Below the pieces are notes generated by a model. That model did no database searches. It was not told where the DNA came from and saw nothing but the letters and a program-made list of their open reading frames with translations. From positions 23,808,001 through 23,872,000 of the forward strand of contig OZ024759.1 of NCBI GenBank assembly GCA_964016885.1: a stretch of 64,000 nucleotides of DNA, in the 5' to 3' direction. The translations under genes were made by a program, and so were the position numbers. The stretch is from Eledone cirrhosa (lineage: Eukaryota). Numbering within the stretch: the first letter of the stretch is position 1; every line of letters begins with the position of its first letter. Positions 53,891 through 64,000 of this stretch are shown here, piece after piece.

Positions 53891-53984
53891 AATTTCTTTT
53901 CTTTTACAACCTTGCCACCAGGAAGGTGGCCGGCCAAAAAATATACTCGAAATTAAGAGAAAGAGATAACATACATACATATAT

Positions 53985-54275
53985 ACATGGTGGCTGCCAA
54001 CTCGTTTTCGAGTACGGCCACTACTTTATATCCATGTAGGAGATCTCCTACCGATGCGCTGAACAAATGTGACTTTTTAGTCCAGCCAGCGACTTGAGAA
54101 CTCTGGTACAAACACTACACCTGTGACAATTATTGACACATAGTGCTGGGCCCATGGTACCATGTAACGACAAGTGCAGAGAGATCTCTAGATATAAAGC
54201 AATGCCTGTGCCGTGAAGCTTTTATAGTGAGCAAAGGCACTGCACAAAGCCAGTCCCACTCTCTTAACCAAGATG
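53985..54275 (-). mobile_element. Second copy of the ~290-bp (ATGT)n-tailed repeat
   Basis: Reverse complement of 20511-20800. Confidence 0.7.
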
Positions 54276-54309
54276 ATATTTACCAAAAAGAAGAACAAGT
54301 CAACATCAT

Positions 54310-54565
54310 TGGATACCATCAGAGTTGCAGGTGTTATATCAGAGTTTTCCTTCTCCTAGAATTCTGCCTTGACAAAGGCTAAGGGGTCATCTCTCCCGGT
54401 GATTTTGGATGGCCATTGACTCTTAAGAGCTCCTTTTCCCTTTGACAGGTTTTGTTTTTAGTCCTGCAGGATGTCCAAAGTCACCCTCCTCACCAAGAAA
54501 CCTTGGTGGGGTTGCCAGTTTAGTCGCCAACGACCCGACCATGAGACAGGTTGTACTGGGATACA
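54310..54565 (-). mobile_element. Probable RTE-type 5' UTR fragment
   Basis: Minus strand contains CTAGGAGAAGGAAAACTCTG; homologous to 7070-7220 (GCCAGTTTAGTCGC...CCATGA..GGTTGTACTGGG). Confidence 0.45.
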
Positions 54566-55367
54566 TAGATACATAGATACATAGACACATGCATACATAC
54601 ACACTTATTCACTTAACGTTTTGAAACACATCTTCGATCATACGTACATAGACATGCTTCCGCGCATAAACACACACACACACACACATTAAAACCAAAT
54701 AGCGGAGCTTGATCAACCAATTCCATTTTGTGCCGGTTACTACTAAATTGGGAGGGATTCATTCTGCCTGTCGAAGCAGCCCCTTGGTGTAGCTCATGCT
54801 GTATGTATGTGTGTATACATAAAATCGATAGATGTGTATACACACACACACACATGTACACTTACACAGATACTAATGTGTTATCACTTATCTTTGCTGT
54901 CGATGACAGCATTATAGCCCCCCCCCCCCGGGCAAAGCAGAGCACTGGGGCCCCTACCTACACAACCACTCGCAGGAATAAAAATACAAATGGGCCCCCG
55001 AGCAACTGCCCAGCGTGCCCATGCGTTAAGAAGGCCCTAGTCAGGGGACGATAAATATGAGAGAGAGAGAATACAATGGTGATGATGATGGCAATGAAGG
55101 TGATCGCAAAGCATATGATAATGATGATGATGATGGTGATGATCAATATGATAATGATGATGATGATGATAATGATTGCGATGACTAGGACGACGGCCAG
55201 GAGGATTATAATGTGTTGGTTGTGTTTGATATAGAGTAAGAATTCTTTGAGTTTTATGATCCGAAACATTGACACAGCTGAAAGAGACGGGAAAGTAGAA
55301 TTGTCTTGGCCGGAAGTCTCTATATTCTTCTACACCTCCTCCCACTCCCCCATCATCATCATCATCG

Positions 55368-55434
<67 letters not shown>

Positions 55435-55699
55435 TACTGCTTAATCATCCACATACAACAACAGCCACTACCAACACAGACACACACACACACATAAATA
55501 TACACGGTGACATACACACAACAATAACAACCATTATCAACGTGAGCCAACGAAGGCACGTGGCATAGAGGTTAGGGTGTTGTACTTAGGGTCAAAATGG
55601 TACGGGTTCAATTCTTGAACCCGGCGGCACGTTTTGATCTTAAGCAAAATGATTTCTTTCACGTTATGTGAATGCTATGGCCGAGTCCTCGATCATTAA

Positions 55700-58600
55700 A
55701 GCTATTTATCTCTCTCCCTATCTACCTCATACGATCTACCTCTTTTTGAGTAATCCCTTGCTTGTCTTTCAAGCAAGTTGGTCTTTACTCCTATGGACGT
55801 ATAAACCTTTACACTATCTCATAACCATTCCTATATTCGTCTTTCCAAGTCATGTGCTTTAACACTTTGAGCCCAGTTTACTTCGATATATCCCTATATA
55901 TCTCTATTTTCCTTTTAACGGAAAACACCATGCTGTCTGGCTATCTCTGCCCCTATCTACCACATACTATCTACCTCTTTTTGAGTAATCCCTTGCTTGT
56001 CTTTCAAGCAAGTTGGTCTTTACTCCTATGGACGTATAAACCTTTACACTATCTCATAACCATTCCTATATTCGTCTTTCCAAGTCATGTGCTTTCACAC
56101 TTTGAGCCCAGTTTACTTCGATATATCTCTATATATCTCTATTTTCCTTTTAACGGAAAACACCATGCTGTCTGGCTATCTCTCTCCCAATCTACCTCAT
56201 ACTCTCTACCTCTTTTTGAGTAATCCCTTGCTTGTCTTTCAAGCAAGTGGGTCTTTACTCCTATGGACGTATAAACCTTTACACTATCTCATAACCATTC
56301 CTATATTCGTCTTTCCAAGTGATGTGCTTTAACACTTTGAGCCCAGTTTGCTTCGATATATCTCTATATATCTCTATTTTCCTTTTAACGGAAAACACCA
56401 TGCTGTCTGGCTATCTCTCTCCCAATCTACCTCATACTCTCTACCTCTTTTTGAGTAATCCCTTGCTTGTCTTTCAAGCAAGTTGGTCTTTACTCCTATG
56501 GACGTATAAACCATTACACTATCTCATAACCATTCCTATATTCGTCTTTCCAAGTCATGTGCTTTAACACTTTGAGCCCAGTTTACTTCGATATATCTCT
56601 ATATATCTCTATTTTCCTTTTAACGGAAAACACCATGTTGTCTGGCTATCTCTCTCCCAATCTACCTCATACTCTCTACCTCTTTTTGAGTAATCCCTTG
56701 CTTGTCTTTCAAGCAAGTTGGTCTTTACTCCTATGGACGTATAAACCTTTACACTATCTCATAACCATTCCTATATTCGTCTTTGCAAGTCATGTGCATT
56801 AACACTTTGAGCCCAGTTTACTTCGATATATCTCTATATATCTCTATTTTCCTTTTAACGAAAAACACCATGCTGTCTGGCTATCTCTCTCCCAATCTAC
56901 CTCATACTCTCTACCTCTTTTTGAGTAATCCCTTGCTTGTCTTTCAAGCAAGTTGGTCTTTACTCCTATGGACGTATAAACCTTTACACTATCTCATAAC
57001 CATTCCTATATTCATCTTTCCAAGTCATGTGCTTTAACATTTTGAGCCCAGTTTACTTCGATATATCCCTATATATCTCTATTTTCCTTTTAACGGAAAA
57101 CACCTTGCTGTCTGGCTATATCTCTCCCAATCTACCTCATACTCTCTACCTCTTTTTGAGTAATCCCTTGCTTGTCTTTCAAGCAAGTTGGTATTTACTC
57201 CTATGGACGTATAAACCTTTACACTATCTCATAACCATTCCTATATTCATCTTTCCAACTCATGTGCTTTAACATTTTGAGCCCAGTTTACTTCGATATA
57301 TCCCTATATATCTCTATTTTCTTTTTAACGAAAAACACCATGCTGTCTGGCTATCTCTCTCCCAATCTACCACATACTCTCTACCTCTTTTTGAGTAATC
57401 CCTTGCTTGTCTTTCAAGCAAGTTGGTCTTTACTCCTATGGACGTATAAACCTTTACACTATCTCATAACCATTCCTATATTCGTCTTTCCAAGTCATGT
57501 GCTTTAACACTTTGAGCCCAGTTTACTTCGATATATCCCTATATATCTCTATCTTCCTTTTAACGGAAAACACCATGCTGTCTGGCTATCTCTTACCCAA
57601 TCTACCTCATACTCTCTACCTCTTTTTGAGTAATCCCTTGCTTGTCTTTCAAGCAAGTTGGTCTTTACTCCTATGGACGTATAAACCTTTACACTATCTC
57701 ATAACCATTCCTATATTCGTCTTTCCAAGTCATGTGCTTTAACACTTTGAGCCCAGTTTACTTCGATATATCTCTATATATCTCTATCTTCCTTTTAACG
57801 GAAAACAACTTGCTGTCTGGCTATCTCTCTCCCATTCTACCTCATACTCTCTACCTCTTTTTGAGTAATCCCTTGCTTGTCTTTGAAGCAAGTTGGTCTT
57901 TACTCCTATGGACGTATAAACCTTTACACTATCTCATAACCATTCCTATATTCGTATTTCCAAGTCATGTGCTTTAACATTTTGAGCCCAGTTTACTTCG
58001 ATATATCCCTATATATCTCTATTTTCCTTTTAACGGAAAACACCATGCTGTCTGGCTATCTCTCTCCCAATCTACCTCATACTGTCTACCTCTTTTTGAG
58101 TAATCCCTTGCTTGTCTTTCAAGCAAGTTGGTCTTTACTCCTATGGACGTATAAACCATTACACTATCTCATAACCATTCCTATATTCGTCTTTCCAAGT
58201 CATGTGCTTTAACACTTTGAGCCCAGTTTACTTCGATATATCTCTATATATCTCTATTTTCCTTTTAACGGAAAACACCATGTTGTCTGGCTATCTCTCT
58301 CCCAATCTACCTCATACTCTCTACCTCTTTTTGAGTAATCCCTTGCTTGTCTTTCAAGCAAGTTGGTCTTTACTCCTATGGACGTATAAACCTTTACACT
58401 ATCTCATAACCATTCCTATATTCGTCTTTCCAAGTCATGTGCTTTAACACTTTGAGCCCAGTTTACTTCGATATATCTCTATATATCTCTATTTTCCTTT
58501 TAACGGAAAACACCATGCTGTCTGGCTATCTCTCTCCCAATCTACCTCATACTCTCTAGCTCTTTTTGAGTAATCCCTTGCTTATCTATCAAGCAAGTTG

Positions 58601-61600
58601 GTCTTTACTCCTATGGACGTATAAACCTTTACACTATCTCATAACTATTCCTATATTCGTCTTTGCAAGTCATGTGCATTAACACTTTGAGCCCAGTTTA
58701 CTTCGATATATCTCTATATATCTCTATTTTCCTTTTAACGAAAAACACCATGCTGTCTGGCTATCTCTCTCCCAATCTACCTCATACTCTCTACCTCTTT
58801 TTGAGTAATCCCTTGCTTGTCTTTCAAGCAAGTTGGTCTTTACTCCTATGGACGTATAAACCTTTACACTATCTCATAACCATTCCTATATTCGTCTTTC
58901 CAAGTCATGTGCTTTAACACTTTGAGCCCAGTTTACTTCGATATATCTCTATATATCTCTATTTTCCTTTTAACGGAAAACACCATGCTGTCTGGCTATC
59001 TCTCTCCCAATCTACCTCATACTCTCTAGCTCTTTTTGAGTAATCCCTTGCTTATCTATCAAGCAAGTTGGTCTTTACTCCTATGGACGTATAAACCTTT
59101 ACACTATCTCATAACTATTCCTATATTCGTCTTTGCAAGTCATGTGCATTAACACTTTGAGCCCAGTTTACTTCGATATATCTCTATATATCTCTATTTT
59201 CCTTTTAACGAAAAACACCATGCTGTCTGGCTATCTCTCTCCCAATCTACCTCATACTCTCTACCTCTTTTTGAGTAATCCCTTGCTTGTCTTTCAAGCA
59301 AGTTGGTCTTTACTCCTATGGACGTATAAACCTTTACACTATCTCATAACCATTCCTATATTCATCTTTCCAAGTCATGTGCTTTAACATTTTGAGCCCA
59401 GTTTACTTCGATATATCCCTATATATCTCTATTTTCCTTTTAACGAAAAACACCATGCTGTCTGGCTATCTCTCTCCCAATCTACCACATACTCTCTACC
59501 TCTTTTTGAGTAATCCCTTGCTTGTCTTTCAAGCAAGTTGGTCTTTACTCCTATGGACGTATAAACCTTTACACTATCTCATAACCATTCCTATATTCGT
59601 CTTTCCAAGTCATGTGCTTTAACACTTTGAGCCCAGTTTACTTCGATATATCCCTATATATCTCTATTTTCCTTTTAACGGAAAACACCTTGCTGTCTGG
59701 CTATCTCTCTCCCAATCTACCTCATACTCTCTACCTCTTTTTGAGTAATCCCTTGCTTGTCTTTCAAGCAAGTTGGTCTTTACTCCTATGGACGTATAAA
59801 CCTTTACACTATCTCATAACCATTCCTATATTCATCTTTCCAAGTCATGTGCTTTAACATTTTGAGCCCAGTTTACTTCGATATATCCCTATATATCTCT
59901 ATTTTCCTTTTAACGAAAAACACCATGCTGTCTGGCTATCTCTCTCCCAATCTACCACATAATCTCTACCTCTTTTTGAGTAATCCCTTGCTTGTCTTTC
60001 AAGCAAGTTGGTCTTTACTCCTATGGACGTATAAACCTTTACACTATCTCATAACCATTCCTATATTCGTCTTTCCAAGTCATGTGCTTTAACACTTTGA
60101 GCCCAGTTTACTTCGATATATCCCTATATATCTCTATTTTCCTTTTAACGGAAAACACCTTGCTGTCTGGCTATCTCTCTCCCAATCTACCTCATACTCT
60201 CTACCTCTTTTTGAGTAATCCCTTGCTTGTCTTTCAAGCAAGTTGGTCTTTACTCCTATGGACGTATAAACCTTTACACTATCTCATAACCATTCCTATA
60301 TTCGTCTTTCCAAGTCATGTGCTTTCACACTTTGAGCCCAGTTTACTTCGATATATCTCTATATATCTCTATCTTCCTTTTAACGGAAAACAACTTGCTG
60401 TCTGGCTATCTCTCTCCCATTCTACCTCATACTCTCTACCTCTTTTTGAGTAATCCCTTGCTTGTCTTTCAAGCAAGTTGGTCTTTACTCCTATGGAAGT
60501 ATAAACCTTTACACTATCTCATAACCATTCCTATATTCGTATTTCCAAGTCATGTGCTTTAACATTTTGAGCCCAGTTTACTTCGATATATCCCTATATA
60601 TCTCTATTTTCCTTTTAACGGAAAACACCATGCTGTCTGGCTATCTCTCTCCCAATCTACCTCATACTGTCTACCTCTTTTTGAGTAATCTCTTGCTTGT
60701 CTTTCAAGCAAGTTGGTCTTTACTCCTATGGACGTATAAACCTTTACACTATCTCATAACCATTCCTATATTCGTCTTTCCAAGTCATGTGCTTTAACAC
60801 TTTGAGCCCAGTTTACTTCGATATATCTCTATATATCTCTATTTTCCTTTTAACGTAAAACACCATGCTGTCTGGCTATCTCTCTCCCAATCTACCTCAT
60901 ACTCTCTAGCTCTTTTTGAGTAATCCCTTGCTTATCTATCAAGCAAGTTGGTCTTTACTCCTATGGACGTATAAACCTTTACACTATCTCATATCCATTC
61001 CTATATTCGTCTTTGCAAGTCATGTGCATTAACACTTTGAGCCCAGTTTACTTCGATATATCTCTATATATCTCTATTTTCCTTTTAACGAAAAACACCA
61101 TGCTGTCTGGCTATCTCTCTCCCAATCTACCTCATACTCTCTACCTCTTTTTGAGTAATCCCTTGCTTGTCTTTCAAGCAAGTTGGTCTTTACTCCTATG
61201 GACGTATAAACCTTTACACTATCTCATAACCATTCCTATATTCATCTTTCCAAGTCATGTGCTTTAACATTTTGAGCCCAGTTTACTTCGATATATCCCT
61301 ATATATCTCTATTTTCCTTTTAACGAAAAACACCATGCTGTCTGGCTATCTCTCTCCCAATCTACCACATACTCTCTACCTCTTTTTGAGTAATCCCTTG
61401 CTTGTCTTTCAAGCAAGTTGGTCTTTACTCCTATGGACGTATAAACCTTTACACTATCTCATAACCATTCCTATATTCGTCTTTCCAAGTCATGTGCTTT
61501 AACACTTTGAGCCCAGTTTACTTCGATATATCTCTATATATCTCTATTTTCCTTTTAACGGAAAACACCATGTTGTCTGGCTATCTCTCTCCCAATCTAC

Positions 61601-64000
61601 CTCATACTCTCTACCTCTTTTTGAGTAATCCCTTGCTTGTCTTTCAAGCAAGTTGGTCTTTACTCCTATGGACGTATAAACCTTTACACTATCTCATAAC
61701 CATTCCTATATTCGTCTTTCCAAGTCATGTGCTTTAACACTTTGAGCCCAGTTTACTTCGATATATCTCTATATATCTCTATTTTCCTTTTAACGGAAAA
61801 CACCATGCTGTCTGGCTATCTCTCTCCCAATCTACCTCATACTCTCTAGCTCTTTTTTAGTAATCCCTTGCTTATCTATCAAGCAAGTTGGTCTTTACTC
61901 CTATGGACGTATAAACCTTTACACTATCTCATAACTATTCCTATATTCGTCTTTGCAAGTCATGTGCATTAACACTTTGAGCCCAGTTTACTTCGATATA
62001 TCTCTATATATCTCTATTTTCCTTTTAACGAAAAACACCATGCTGTCTGGCTATCTCTCTCCCAATCTACCTCATACTCTCTACCTCTTTTTGAGTAATC
62101 CCTTGCTTGTCTTTCAAGCAAGTTGGTCTTTACTCCTATGGACGTATAAACCTTTACACTATCTCATAACCATTGCTATATTCATCTTTCCAAGTCATGT
62201 GCTTTAACATTTTGAGCCCAGTTTACTTCGATATATCCCTATATATCTCTATTTTCCTTTTAACGAAAAACACCATGCTGTCTGGCTATCTCTCTCCCAA
62301 TCTACCACATACTCTCTACCTCTTTTTGAGTAATCCCTTGCTTGTCTTTCAAGCAAGTTGGTCTTTACTCCTATGGACGTATAAACCTTTACACTATCTC
62401 ATAACCATTCCTATATTCGTCTTTCCAAGTCATGTGCTTTAACACTTTGAGCCCAGTTTACTTCGATATATCCCTATATATCTCTATTTTCCTTTTAACG
62501 GAAAACACCTTGCTGTCTGGCTATCTCTCTCCCAATCTACCTCATACTCTCTACCTCTTTTTGAGTAATCCCTTGCTTGTCTTTCAAGCAAGTTGGTCTT
62601 TACTCCTATGGACGTATAAACCTTTACACTATCTCATAACCATTCCTATATTCATCTTTCCAAGTCATGTGCTTTAACATTTTGAGCCCAGTTTACTTCG
62701 ATATATCCCTATATATCTCTATTTTCCTTTTAACGAAAAACACCATGCTGTCTGGCTATCTCTCTCCCAATCTACCACATACTCTCTACCTCTTTTTGAG
62801 TAATCCCTTGCTTGTCTTTCAAGCAAGTTGGTCTTTACTCCTATGGACGTATAAACCTTTACACTATCTCATAACCATTCCTATATTCGTCTTTCCAAGT
62901 CATGTGCTTTAACACTTTGAGCCCAGTTTACTTCGATATATCTCTATATATCTCTATCTTCCTTTTAACGGAAAACACCATGCTGTCTGTCTATCTCTCA
63001 CCCAATCTACCTCATACTCTCTACCTATTTTTGAGTAATCCCTTGCTTGTCTTTCAAGCAAGTTGGTCTTTACTCCTATGGACGTATAAACCTTTACACT
63101 ATCTCATAACCAGTCCTATATTCGTATTTCCAAGTCATGTGCTTTAACACTTTGATCCCAGTTTACTTCGATATATCTCTATATATCTCTATCTTCCTTT
63201 TAACGGAAAACAACTTGCTGTCTGGCTATCTCTCTCCCATTCTACCTCATACTCTCTACCTCTTTTTGAGTAATCCCTTGCTTGTCTTTCAAGCAAGTTG
63301 GTCTTTACTCCTATGGACGTATAAACCTTTACACTATCTCATAACCATTCCTATATTCGTATTTCCAAGTCATGTGCTTTAACATTTTGAGCCCAGTTTA
63401 CTTCGATATATCCCTATATATCTCTATTTTCCTTTTAACGGAAAACACCATGCTGTCTGGCTATCTCTCTCCCAATCTACCTCATACTGTCTACCTCTTT
63501 TTGAGTAATCTCTTGCTTGTCTTTCAAGCAAGTTGGTCTTTACTCCTATGGACGTATAAACCATTACACTATCTCATAACCATTCCTATATTCGTCTTTC
63601 CAAGTCATGTGCTTTAACACTTTGAGCCCAGTTTACTTCGATATATCTCTATATATCTCTATTTTCCTTTTAACGGAAAACACCATGTTGTCTGGCTATC
63701 TCTCTCCCAATCTACCTCATACTCTCTACCTCTTTTTGAGTAATCCCTTGCTTGTCTTTCAAGCAAGTTGGTCTTTACTCCTATGGACGTATAAACCTTT
63801 ACACTATCTCATAACCATTCCTATATTCGTCTTTCCAAGTCATGTGCTTTAACACTTTGAACCCAGTTTACTTCGATACATCTCTATATATCTCTATTTT
63901 CCTTTTAACGTAAAACACCATGCTGTCTGGCTATCTCTCTCCCAATCTACCTCATACTCTCTACCTCTTTTTGAGTAATCCCTTGCTTGTCTTTCAAGCA
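55700..64000. repeat. 235-bp satellite, about 35 copies, runs off the window
   Basis: GAGTAATCCCTTGCTTGTCTTTCAAGCAAG recurs with an exact 235-bp period. Confidence 0.97.

Noticed and set aside
55852-63852. Series of 81-aa hydrophobic ORFs
   Set aside because: Products of the 235-bp satellite; the period is not a multiple of 3, starts are GTG/TTG, and stops appear in variant units

Overview
AT-rich, repeat-dominated eukaryotic DNA, most likely a coleoid cephalopod such as Octopus (inferred from the SINE families and dense (TA)n/(CAT)n/(TAC)n microsatellites). Only one protein-coding gene is well supported: a three-coding-exon BTB/POZ-BACK gene (BTBD17-like, about 471 aa, + strand, 28109-32164), whose 99-nt middle exon is absent from the ORF track. 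The rest consists of six large tandem arrays (70, 54, 51, 62/65, ~640 and 235 bp units), tRNA-derived SINEs, fragments of Penelope-like, R4/Dong-like, CRE-like and RTE retroelements, piggyBac- and hAT-type MITEs, and an internally deleted Merlin (IS1595-like) transposon with intact TIRs and an 8-bp TSD. The most interesting hidden signal is a set of unrelated type I hammerhead ribozyme motifs, all in small elements next to (TA)n tracts. One is a full three-helix hammerhead inside a 537-bp unit with 87-bp direct repeats (retrozyme/pLTR-like). There are also four fold-back palindromes built from the 3' half of a hammerhead. Most long ORFs in the track are artefacts of simple repeats. All calls were made by eye without database searches.
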